Part shown: piece by piece, positions 1 through 9,226 of the stretch
Layout: each line of letters starts with the position of its first letter
How positions within the stretch are numbered: position 1 is the stretch's first letter
Source: Candidatus Asgardarchaeum abyssi
GTDB taxonomy: Archaea > Asgardarchaeota > Asgardarchaeia > Asgardarchaeales > Asgardarchaeaceae
Assembly: GCA_040225955.1 (NCBI GenBank)
Contig: JBECUL010000018.1
Location: 1-37,031, forward strand
DNA length: 37,031 nt
Direction of reading: 5' to 3'
Position numbers and translations under genes: made by a program
Notes under the pieces: generated by a model
Database searches by the model: none
The model's input: only the letters and a program-made list of their open reading frames with translations
Told to the model about the DNA's origin: nothing

Positions 1-234
1 GATAAGTGGATACGGAGCTTTATTTTTCAAAAGGGGCTGAAATTTGATTTTTTGAGGCATATTTTTTACAAGTGCTCGATTCTAAGAAAAAATTTTTAAC
101 CAAAATACATTATTTTTTAACTTCTTAGAAGAAATTTTATTTTTTTCTTCTATTTTTAATTAAAATGATGATATCTTTAAATTTAAGAAAAACTTACTTT
201 ATATTGTGAATACGATACGCCGAGGATTGAGAGT

Positions 235-1587
235 ATGGATCTCGTCATAAGAAATGGAAAATTTGTTTTCAATGGTGAAATAGTTAGCGGTGGCTTAGCG
301 GTTGAGGATGGAAAGATTGCATTAATTGCAAAAGATACAAAATTACCTAAAGGAGACAAGGAAATAGATGCAAAGGGGAACCTTATTCTTCCTGGTGCCA
401 TAGATGGTCACGTTCACGTCTTAATACCACCTTACCTAAAAGAGGATTTTGTAACTGGAACAAAGGCAGCGGCTGTTGGTGGAGTGACAACAATTGTCGA
501 AATGCCATCACTTTTCGAGTATATAACAACAAAGTATGACAATCTAAAATGGAAAATAGAGCTAGCCGAAAAAGATAGTATAGTAGACGTTGCACTATAT
601 GGTGGAGAGATTCAAACAGAAGAAGATCTAGAAGATATCCAGAAGCTTATCGATGGTGGGGTTGTTGGTTTTAAGATAACAATGGGCGGCGATACGGCAT
701 ATAAGCATGAGGGAATATTTTATGAGGCACTTAGAAGAATTGCTAAGGGTAACTCATTAGCAACCGTACACGCAGAAAACCATCAGCTTTTGGAATACTT
801 CTATAAAGAGGTCGAAGAGAAACTAAAGAGAGGAGAGAAGGTAACATATTCTGACTCTAGACCGAATGTTGTTGAGGCAGAGGCCATTTCAAGAGCCATT
901 TTGTATTCCAGATATATTGGAAACAGATTGCACATAGCACATATGTCCACTAAAGAGGGAGTGGAACTCGTCAAGCAAGCACAATATAGAGGACTTCCTG
1001 TAACAGCTGAGGCGACTGTTCATCATCTACTATTCTCGATCGATGATTATGAAAAGTATAAGCACTACATTATAACTAATCCGCCCCCAAGGAGCAAGGA
1101 GGACCAAGAAAGTCTATGGGAGGGTATACGGCAGGGTGTAATTAGCATTATTGTAACGGATCATTGTGCGTTCTCTCTAGAGGAGAAAGATGAGGGGAAG
1201 GATAACTTCCTTAAAACACCCGCAGGAGTGCATGGTCTTGAAACAGAGGTTAGGCTCATACTATCAGAGGGAGTAAATAAGGGTAGAATTACGCTACAGA
1301 AGTTTATAGAGGTAATGTCAGAAAATCCTGCTAAACTTTTCGGTTTATACCCAAGGAAGGGTGTAATAGCAGTTGGGTCTGATGCTGATGTTATAATTGT
1401 AGACCTTAAGAAAGAAGAGAAAATAACAATGGACATAATTCAGAGCGTAGCTGGATATACACCGTATGACGGATGGATTGTAAAAGGAGCTCCTACAATG
1501 ACAATTGTCCGAGGTGAGGTTGTAGCTGAAGGTTGGGAGCCTGTTGGTAAGAGAGGTTATGGAAAGTTTATTCCTGCAAAAAGGTAA
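235..1587 (+). CDS. Cyclic amidohydrolase (dihydropyrimidinase/allantoinase/dihydroorotase family)
   Basis: 450 aa ORF with PGAIDGHVH metal motif, AAVGGVTT, carboxylated-Lys region GFKIT, VHAEN, LHIAHMST, TDHCAF and NPAKLFGLYPRKGVIAVGSDAD. Confidence 0.9.
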   Translation: MDLVIRNGKFVFNGEIVSGGLAVEDGKIALIAKDTKLPKGDKEIDAKGNLILPGAIDGHVHVLIPPYLKEDFVTGTKAAAVGGVTTIVEMPSLFEYITTKYDNLKWKIELAEKDSIVDVALYGGEIQTEEDLEDIQKLIDGGVVGFKITMGGDTAYKHEGIFYEALRRIAKGNSLATVHAENHQLLEYFYKEVEEKLKRGEKVTYSDSRPNVVEAEAISRAILYSRYIGNRLHIAHMSTKEGVELVKQAQYRGLPVTAEATVHHLLFSIDDYEKYKHYIITNPPPRSKEDQESLWEGIRQGVISIIVTDHCAFSLEEKDEGKDNFLKTPAGVHGLETEVRLILSEGVNKGRITLQKFIEVMSENPAKLFGLYPRKGVIAVGSDADVIIVDLKKEEKITMDIIQSVAGYTPYDGWIVKGAPTMTIVRGEVVAEGWEPVGKRGYGKFIPAKR

Positions 1588-1599
1588 GGAGGTAAAATC

Positions 1600-2949
1600 T
1601 TGCCTGAGAAAGCTGATATAGTTATTAAGAATGGTATTTTAGTTACTATGGATAAAGAAAGAAGAGTATATATGGACGGTGCTGTAGCGGTCGTTGGTGA
1701 TAAGATAGCTGCCGTTGGAAAGACATCTGAAATTGTGCAAAAGTATAAGGGAGAATATGAAATTGATGCAAAAGGAAAAGTTGTAATGCCAGGACTTATA
1801 TGCAGTCATGCTCATACTCATGGACAGACTGTCATGGGCATGCCCTATCCATTAGAGGAACATGACTTCTACTCTGAATTAGCAAAATGGTGGTGGCCAT
1901 ACCTAGAAGATCAGCTCAGGAAGGAAGATGTTTACGGAATTTCAAGATATTCCATTGCAAGAATGACAAAATATGGAGTTACCACAATTTTGGATGTTAT
2001 GGAGGCACCAAAAGATCTACCAGGGATTTTAGATTCTGAAGCAAAAGCATTCTTAGAAGTTGGAGTGAGAGGAATTCTAGCCTTCGAAGCTACTGAAAGG
2101 ATAAGCAAGGAGAACGGAAAACTTGGAATTCAAGAAAATATTGATTTTATTAAGAAATGGAATAATAAGGATGCTTTAGTAAGAGGGATGCTCTGCGTTC
2201 ACACGGTATTCAGCTGCTCTCCAGAAATGTTAAAGGAAGTACGAGAACTTGCTAATGAATACAAATCTGGAATTACACTCCATGTTGAGGAAAGCATGTA
2301 TGAGGTAGAATACTCGCTTGAGCATTTCAAGAAGCGACCCTTTGAACACCTTAGAGATATAGGATTTCTAGGTCCAGATGTATTAGCAGCACAAGTAGTT
2401 AACATATCAGATAGCGAAATTGACATTCTTCAGAGATATGGAGTCAAGGTTGCACATAATCCGATGAGCAACATGGAGTTTGGTGTTGGTGCATGCCCTG
2501 TACCAAAGATGTTAAATAAGGGAATAACTATTGGTTTAGGTAATGACGGCGTAGAGACAATGGACATGTTCGAGGTTATGAGATTCACTTACATTGTGCA
2601 CAAAGGGCTTCTGAAAGATACAACAGTAATACCAGACATTAAAGCTCTTGAGATGGCAACAATTGACAATGCAAAAGCAGTTGGTCTTGAAGACAAAATT
2701 GGTTCATTAGAGGTAGGAAAGAAGGCAGATATTATAGTCTTAGACTTACAAAACGCCACTCCAAAAACTCCTGAGAATATCTACTATTTGATTGTGATTC
2801 TTGGCAGAGGCGACAAAGTTACACACACTATAATAGATGGAAAAATAGTGGCTGAGAATCAAAAGCTGAAAACGGTTGACGAGGAAGAAGTAAATAAGCT
2901 GGCACTAAAAGTTTCAGAAGACATTTGGCGAAGAAATGGTTTCCTATAA
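1600..2949 (+). CDS. Amidohydrolase, MTA/SAH deaminase-like (SsnA/TRZ-ATZ family)
   Basis: MPGLICSHAH, LHVEES, HNPMSNM, GLGNDG, GSLEVGKKADII; AGGAGGT RBS before a TTG start; 12 nt after the previous stop. Confidence 0.88.
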   Translation: MPEKADIVIKNGILVTMDKERRVYMDGAVAVVGDKIAAVGKTSEIVQKYKGEYEIDAKGKVVMPGLICSHAHTHGQTVMGMPYPLEEHDFYSELAKWWWPYLEDQLRKEDVYGISRYSIARMTKYGVTTILDVMEAPKDLPGILDSEAKAFLEVGVRGILAFEATERISKENGKLGIQENIDFIKKWNNKDALVRGMLCVHTVFSCSPEMLKEVRELANEYKSGITLHVEESMYEVEYSLEHFKKRPFEHLRDIGFLGPDVLAAQVVNISDSEIDILQRYGVKVAHNPMSNMEFGVGACPVPKMLNKGITIGLGNDGVETMDMFEVMRFTYIVHKGLLKDTTVIPDIKALEMATIDNAKAVGLEDKIGSLEVGKKADIIVLDLQNATPKTPENIYYLIVILGRGDKVTHTIIDGKIVAENQKLKTVDEEEVNKLALKVSEDIWRRNGFL

Positions 2950-3052
2950 TTCTTTAATTTTTTATTTTAATTTTTTATTTATCTTCGCTACAGATTTATT
3001 TCTAATTGTTTAAATTTTAGGGTTTCACTATTTTATATATGATGACTTCTTT

Positions 3053-5044
3053 ATGGAGAAGGAACGTTTATTAGAATTTTTAAAACATGATCCCTTAGAC
3101 ATATTTGCTCTGCTTGAGTTAGCAAAATATTACGACACAAATACTGCAAGGAATATCTACCAACAGATTCTTTTTAGTAACTTTAATGTAGAACCAGCAA
3201 AAGAAAGTTTTCAGAGATAGCAGACATGGAACTACTAAGAGTAAATATTTTACATTCTGGTGATGTAAGCTCTATTGCTTGCAGCCATAATGGGAGATAT
3301 GTTGCAACAGGTGGCGTAGACGGAACAATAAGAGTTTGGGAAATCGCTACAAAACGGCTTATTAGAGTATTTGAGGGCCATGATTACTTTATTAAGGGAA
3401 AAATTATAAGATTGGGAAGCAGAGAAGTTCGTAATATAGCATGGACGAAGGATGATGCAACTCTTCTTAGTTTGGGATATGATAGGAAAGTAATAAAATG
3501 GAACTTTCTAACAAGAGCTAAAATTGAAGAAATTCAACTTGATACCGAGATAGCCTATGCGGAGATTCATCCATATGGAAATTATATAGTAACTTACAAG
3601 GATGCAAAGTATGAGATTTTGGATCTATCAAGTAATGAGAAAATCAAACGTATATCGGTCACAAAATATTTTAATGACTGCTCATGGTCCTATGATGGGA
3701 AACATCCTGCAATAATGGCTAATTCTAGGACAATATACATATTTGAGATTCCATCATTTGAGCAAGTCGCAGAAATCAAAGGAAGATCCTTTTACTCCAT
3801 TACATGGAGCTTAGATGGCAAATATATAGCTATTAAACTTTCAAGAGGACGTGAAATTGAGGTGTGGGATCCATTTAGTAGGAATATTATTTTCCGTATA
3901 AGAGCCTCATTTTTAAACCGTTCATACCAATGCATTTTTACAAGTTCTTTTGGGGTCCAACGAATAATTATTTTCTGTTTATAATGAGGGGTAACGGAAA
4001 AGTTATGATAAGCGATATTACTTCTAAGAGAGTTTGTTTCTCTACGAAAATAAATGACTATTTTTCACCCGTAACTTTAAGTCATAAGGAAAAAGCAGTT
4101 GCGTTGATTGATAAAAATGGTCATCTTAGAATTGTTAGTGTTAAAGAAAAAGAGAGAAAAATTCAAGACCGTATAATACTAAGAGTCTCTCAGGATTATG
4201 AATTTCGTGACTTAGCCTATAATATTCGCGATCCACATTTACTTGCTATATCAACTACTAGAGGGGTAATAGAGTTTTTTGATTTATACAAGCAAAGAAT
4301 TATTGAAACTAAGAAAATCTCAGATATGTCAGTAGACCAGCTTGTTTGGAACCCAGATGAAAGATTCCTTGCAGCAATATTGAATTGGAGAATTCTGTTA
4401 ATTCTCAGTAAGGAAAAGTGGGAGCGTGTTTCCAGATACAAATTAAAAAAAGTAGTATTAAATGATTTGCCTTGGAATCCAAATGGAACAAAAGTTGCTA
4501 TTGCTTGTGGTGATAAAACTCTGAGAATTTTTGATGTCTTTAAAAAGAGCGTAACTAAAAAAGAAAAAAGAAGCTATTCCTTATGGACCGTGAGTTGGGA
4601 TCCAAGTGGTAAATATATTGCTGCTGGCTTGCCAGGGGAAAAATAGAAATTTTTTCGCAGAATTTATCTCTATTAAGCTCATTAAATCTTAAAAAAACGG
4701 TTTACACTATTAAATGGAGTAATGATGGCTCTAAGTTATGCGCTGGGCTATATAATGGAGATATCGCAGTTCTCGAATTCAAAGATGAAAAACTAAAGGA
4801 AATTTGTAGAAGAAAACTTCACAAAGGAAGAATTTATGATATATGTTGGAGTCTTGACAATGAACACATAGTAACTGGCAGTTATGATAATTATATTTAC
4901 TTAATAAAAATGATGAATGGTGATATAAAAGTACTAAAGAAATGGTTTCTATATGGTGACGTTCAAGGTTTGTTATGGATTCATAGCGCAAATAGAGTTG
5001 TTACCATTACGAATAACGGATATATAGCCATACTAAAGATATAG
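3053..5044 (+). pseudogene. WD40-repeat beta-propeller protein with N-terminal TPR-like helix pair, interrupted by three frameshifts (pseudogene or assembly error)
   Basis: Segments 3053-3220 (MEKERLLEFLKHDPLDIFALLELAKYY...), 3226-3984, 3930-4646 and an unlisted frame about 4637-5044 (GKIEIF...WSNDGSKLCAG...HKGRIYDICWSLDNEHIVTGSYDN...) join by three -1 shifts; WD motifs such as HSGDVSSIACSHNGRYVATGGVDGTIRVWE. Confidence 0.8.
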
Positions 5045-5128
5045 AGAGTGATATCATAATTTGCAACTAATCATCAAAACTTTAGGTGAGAACACGTAAG
5101 AAATAAATAATTCAAAAGTGTATTACTA

Positions 5129-5371
5129 TTGGTGATACCTTTGAGTAGTACCGTTACATTCAAAGTTCCTTTAGAATTAAAAAGGAAAATGAAAAAATAC
5201 AGTAATAAGATAAAGTGGAGCCAAGAGCTTAGAGAGTTTGTTATAAAGAAAATCAAGGAACTTGAAGCTAAGGAGGCATTGGAAAGAGCAAGAAAGATTA
5301 TAGAGAGGACATCAAGTGTTCCTTCTGGATTTGCGTCAAGAGCTATGAGGGAAGATCGTGATAGTAATTGA
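5129..5371 (+). CDS. VapB-type antitoxin (ribbon-helix-helix-like)
   Basis: 80 aa; TVTFKVPLELKRKMKKY...IKWSQELREFV; C-terminal REDRD; overlaps the downstream PIN gene. Confidence 0.8.
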   Translation: MVIPLSSTVTFKVPLELKRKMKKYSNKIKWSQELREFVIKKIKELEAKEALERARKIIERTSSVPSGFASRAMREDRDSN

Positions 5372-5756
5372 TGCCTCCGCATTATCTAAATATGTATTAA
5401 AAGAACCGGGCTGGAGCTCTATTGAGAAATATCTTTATGAGGCATATAGTTTGGATTTTGCGCTTATTGAAAGTGCAAATGCTATTTGGAAAGCGTATTA
5501 CATGAATCTTATATCAGAAAAAGATGCTATAAAAAAGCTTGAAGCTTTGAAAATTATATTCTCTAAAGTTTTAACAGTGATTGATTCTAGCAAATTTATT
5601 GGTGACGCCTTTTCATTTGCTATAGAAAATAGAACTCCTATATATGACATGTTATATATAGCTTTGGCAAAACAACAAAACTTACCATTGCTAACTTCAG
5701 ATAATAAACAAGCAAGGATAGCAAGAAAATATGATATAGAAGTGATTGAAGTGTAG
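5358..5756 (+). CDS. vapC: VapC PIN-domain toxin
   Basis: MIVIDASAL...E.ANAIWK...IYDMLYIALA....PLLTSD PIN motifs. Confidence 0.9.
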   Translation: MIVIDASALSKYVLKEPGWSSIEKYLYEAYSLDFALIESANAIWKAYYMNLISEKDAIKKLEALKIIFSKVLTVIDSSKFIGDAFSFAIENRTPIYDMLYIALAKQQNLPLLTSDNKQARIARKYDIEVIEV

Positions 5757-5890
5757 TATATTATGGATTTACTTATCTATTTAATTTTCTTAGCTTTTTA
5801 ATAACAATATAATATATGTTGATTCAAAACGGAAGATTAAAATGTCAGAGATAGGTCAAAAAATTAAATAAGCTCATAAGAAGTGATTTT

Positions 5891-6757
5891 ATGAGTAAAC
5901 ATCCACTTATGACACTATTAAAGCTTTCAATAGTATCGTACTTCATTTCTTCATTCATTAAAGTGTATGGTGGTTTAGTTTCGGGAAGTCTTGCATTAGT
6001 TGCTGATGGTTTGGATTCTCTGATAAATGTCTTGTCTTCTAGCTTTGCTTATTTCTCATATATTTTATCTTACAAACCTCCAGATGAGGACCATCCCTAC
6101 GGCCACCAAGGTTATGAAGTGCTTTCCGTTATTGTTACAAATTTTGTGATGATATCTATGGGTTCTATTGTCTTTATTCTATCCTTTCTGAGAATAAATA
6201 TCGAATATAGTGTTGGTGAAATTGGTATATACTTTGCTCTTATTTCGACTATAATTATTATAGCTGCTATGATATCTATGTACTTATTATCTAAAAAGAC
6301 ACAGAGTGTATCGTTAAAGGCTGAGTTTAGACATCTTGCAGTGGATTCTTTAGAGTCACTACTTGTTTTAGGTAGTGTTTCCCTAGCAATATACTATAGT
6401 TATATTTTTGATATTTTTGCCGCTCTATTAATAGGCATATTAATGTTCGTTGGTGCAGTTAAAAACACAACAGAGATTTATGAGAGCATCGTATATAAGA
6501 TACCTAGCAAAGAACTCATAGATAGGATAAAGAATATTGTTGAAAGCCATAAGGAAGTTAGGGAGTGTCATAAAATTCGTATTAGGTGTTTGGGGAGGTA
6601 TATATTTGTTGATATGCACGTTCTTGTAGACAAGACTACTCCTATTTCCATCGCTCATGCACTTGCAGATCATTTGGAAAAGGAGATAAAAGAGAAAATA
6701 AAAAATGTTACTGATGTAGTAATACATCTTGAACCATTTAATGACAAAAGTGGGTAA
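5891..6757 (+). CDS. Cation diffusion facilitator (FieF-like) transporter
   Basis: GSLALVADGLDS, KPPDEDHPYGH, hydrophobic helices, C-terminal dimerisation domain ending DVVIHLEP. Confidence 0.92.
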   Translation: MSKHPLMTLLKLSIVSYFISSFIKVYGGLVSGSLALVADGLDSLINVLSSSFAYFSYILSYKPPDEDHPYGHQGYEVLSVIVTNFVMISMGSIVFILSFLRINIEYSVGEIGIYFALISTIIIIAAMISMYLLSKKTQSVSLKAEFRHLAVDSLESLLVLGSVSLAIYYSYIFDIFAALLIGILMFVGAVKNTTEIYESIVYKIPSKELIDRIKNIVESHKEVRECHKIRIRCLGRYIFVDMHVLVDKTTPISIAHALADHLEKEIKEKIKNVTDVVIHLEPFNDKSG

Positions 6758-6862
6758 TTACACATTAATATAGGATTTTCTTGCTTATTTATAGACATTT
6801 TTAATTTTAGATAACCTTATATAACCTAACAGAACTTTATAGTATTAATAAGGTTCTATGAG

Positions 6863-7198
6863 GTGATCATTTTGTCCGAGTATTTACCGCTAAGAATTCC
6901 TGAAGAGGATTCAAAGTATCTTGAAGAGAGGTCAAAGAGAGAAAAAATTCCAAAGGCTGTTCTGGCAAGAAAACTGTTGCACGAAAAGATATTGGAAGAA
7001 AGGTTTAGTGAAGCAGTGCAGAAATACTTAAAGGGCGAGATTTCTCTTGGAAAAGCTGCTGAAAATGCTGGCCTGTCAATTAGAGAGCTCATTGCCCGTT
7101 TAGCTTCTCTTGGTATCGTAATTCGCTACTCTAAGGATTTATTAGAGGCTGATTTAGAGGCTGCAAGAAAATGGGTAGAGAAAATAAAAGAAAAATGA
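6863..7198 (+). CDS. UPF0175-family putative antitoxin
   Basis: YLKGEISLGKAAENAGLS HTH motif with an N-terminal RHH-like segment; ATGA overlap with the next gene. Confidence 0.85.
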   Translation: MIILSEYLPLRIPEEDSKYLEERSKREKIPKAVLARKLLHEKILEERFSEAVQKYLKGEISLGKAAENAGLSIRELIARLASLGIVIRYSKDLLEADLEAARKWVEKIKEK

Positions 7199-7704
7199 TT
7201 TTTAATGCAACCCCTTTAATATATTTAGGAAAAACGAGCGTCCTAAAGAAAATTATAGATGTATTTAATGAAATTTATATAACTGAAGCTGTGTATGATG
7301 AAGTTGTTAGAAAAGGAAAACAAATAGGAGCTGAGGAGGCGCATATTATAGAGGAATATATTAAGCGAGGAATAATTAAAGTTATTAAAGACTCTCCTGC
7401 AACTATTAATTTTTCAGAAACATATCAATTGGGAAAAGGAGAAAGTTCTACCATATTGGTTGCAATAGAAAAAAACTATATTGCCATTATAGATGATGAA
7501 AGAGCTAGAAAGATAGGAGAAAAGTTCAACATAGAAATCCATGGTACATTATTTCTTTTAAAACTTCTATTTCTCCTCAAAAAGTTGAGCAGAGCGGAAG
7601 TAGAAGATGTAATTAGGGATATGGTAAATAAGGGGTTTAGATTGAGTACTGCTGTCATTTTAATGTTTTTAAACGATATAAAACTCGAAGAAAAAATGCA
7701 ATAA
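7195..7704 (+). CDS. DUF3368-family PIN-domain protein
   Basis: MIFNATPLIYL, LGKGESSTI, IIDDERARK, HGTLFLL, GFRLS; start placed at ATG 7195, overlapping the upstream stop. Confidence 0.85.
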   Translation: MIFNATPLIYLGKTSVLKKIIDVFNEIYITEAVYDEVVRKGKQIGAEEAHIIEEYIKRGIIKVIKDSPATINFSETYQLGKGESSTILVAIEKNYIAIIDDERARKIGEKFNIEIHGTLFLLKLLFLLKKLSRAEVEDVIRDMVNKGFRLSTAVILMFLNDIKLEEKMQ

Positions 7705-7836
7705 TTACTTAACAGGTATCATCATTTAATCTTATCTAACTCATTTTACGCATTTTTAAAATAGTAAAATATAGGAATAAGCAATAAAAGTGATGAATAA
7801 TTAATATCTTTTAGTTTTATTAAAAGTGGAGATGGT

Positions 7837-8895
7837 TTGATGGGTGATCATAAGATAAAATTCAGCATAGGATTTGATTTATACTCCAAGAATACAACAC
7901 CAGACATGCTTATAAAATATGCAGCTTTAGCTGATAAGTATGATTTTGATGTTTTTTGGCTTGGGCAAGAGAATTTATACCGAGATATTTTCCAACTTCT
8001 TGCTCTCATAGCAAGATCCACAAAGAATATCTGTATTGGGCCATCGGTCGTTAATCCCTATACAACACATCCAGCTTTGCTTGTTGCATCAGTTGCAACA
8101 TTAGATGAAATCTCAAATGGTCGTGCCTATTTTGGGCTCGGTGCTGGAGGCTCTGCCATTTTAAAGCCATTATCCATTAAGATGTGGGAAAAACCTATAG
8201 CTAGACTAAGAGAAACTATATTGATTGCCAGAAAACTGCTGAGGGGAGAAACAGTAACATTTGATGGAAGGATTCTCAAATTGAATCGTGCCAAGCTCGA
8301 ATTCCCACCAAAACGAGAGATCCCTATTTATCTGGCTGCTAGAGGACCCAAAATGTTAGCGCTTGCAGGAGAACTTGCAGATGGAGTAAACTTGGGTGCT
8401 GTTCCAGCTGGATATATAGATCACGCCAAAACTTTCATTAAAGAAGGCCTTAACAAGGCGGGGCGTGATTTTGAGTCTATTGATATACTGAATCCTCTTA
8501 TGTTATCCTTATCCGAGGACTACAATGAGGCTTATGAGCATCTTATTACTGGTGATCCAGTAATAAAGTATAACACAGTAGTACTTATTGCAGATTCAAA
8601 TAGTTTAGTACTGGAAAAAGCGGGACTTCCACCAGATCTAAATCAGAAGATAAATAGAATACTAATTGAAGAAGGTGTTGATGCAGCAATTAAAGCAATA
8701 CCCGAGAAGGCTATAAATTCGTTCTCAATAGTCGGAGATATCGAGACGTGCATTAAAAGAATAGAGGAATACTTAAAAGTTGGTGTTACACATATTGGAT
8801 TTTTCCAACCTCATGGTCCAGATATTGAGAAGGCTATAAAACTTCTCGGTGAAAAAATAATACCATATATCAAAGAACAATATTCTTATTCTTAA
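7837..8895 (+). CDS. LLM-class flavin/F420-dependent oxidoreductase (Mer-like)
   Basis: IGPSVVNPYTTHPA, TLDEISNGRAYFGLGAG, IPIYLAARGPKMLALAGELADG. Confidence 0.88.
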   Translation: MMGDHKIKFSIGFDLYSKNTTPDMLIKYAALADKYDFDVFWLGQENLYRDIFQLLALIARSTKNICIGPSVVNPYTTHPALLVASVATLDEISNGRAYFGLGAGGSAILKPLSIKMWEKPIARLRETILIARKLLRGETVTFDGRILKLNRAKLEFPPKREIPIYLAARGPKMLALAGELADGVNLGAVPAGYIDHAKTFIKEGLNKAGRDFESIDILNPLMLSLSEDYNEAYEHLITGDPVIKYNTVVLIADSNSLVLEKAGLPPDLNQKINRILIEEGVDAAIKAIPEKAINSFSIVGDIETCIKRIEEYLKVGVTHIGFFQPHGPDIEKAIKLLGEKIIPYIKEQYSYS

Positions 8896-9003
8896 TATCT
8901 TAGATAACTCAGGACTCTCTCAAAAAAGAATAATAAAGAATTATGATAAAGTAAGGAATTATTTTTTGATTAAAAAAATATAAGTTATAGTCTTAAGTCT
9001 GAA

Positions 9004-9030
9004 ATGAAAAACTTATAAACTGCCGCTCCT
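9004..9030. repeat. Left sub-terminal inverted repeat of the IS110 element (partner 10492-10511)
   Basis: ATGAAAAACTT (9004-9014) and TGCCGCTCCT (9021-9030) are reverse complements of 10501-10511 (11/11) and 10492-10501 (9/10). Confidence 0.85.
9006..9019 (+). promoter_or_regulatory. BRE/TATA promoter for the IS110 ncRNA/transposase
   Basis: GAAAAAC-TTATAAA ending about 23 nt upstream of the first paired base (9042) of the structured RNA, typical archaeal spacing. Confidence 0.6.
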
Positions 9031-9041
9031 TTTTATCGAAT

Positions 9042-9197
9042 ATTGGGAGCCTAGGGGCCGCCGGTTTTTATTTTGGGGCTTCGACCCCGTCATAAGTCTG
9101 GCGGGCACGCCTCAAATGGGTGTTCAGTATGGGGCATTGACCCCGTATAGAAGCCCATTGATACGAGGTCGTGCCATTCGCCCCGACAGCTCCCAAT
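9042..9197 (+). ncRNA. Putative bridge RNA of the IS110 element
   Basis: Closing stem ATTGGGAGC 9042-9050 / GCTCCCAAT 9189-9197; two arms each capped by TGGGGC-NNN-GACCCCGT (9074-9090, 9130-9146); internal-loop segments match the element flanks and ends. Confidence 0.8.
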
Positions 9198-9226
9198 TAA
9201 ATAAAATATGAATGAGGTGATAGAAT

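Noticed and set aside
4632-4646. Programmed -1 ribosomal frameshift in the WD40 gene
   Set aside because: No in-register X XXY YYZ heptamer or stimulatory structure, and three separate shifts would be required.
9074-9146. 17-nt direct repeat as a mini-CRISPR
   Set aside because: Only two short copies, embedded in a larger paired structure, with no cas genes in the window.
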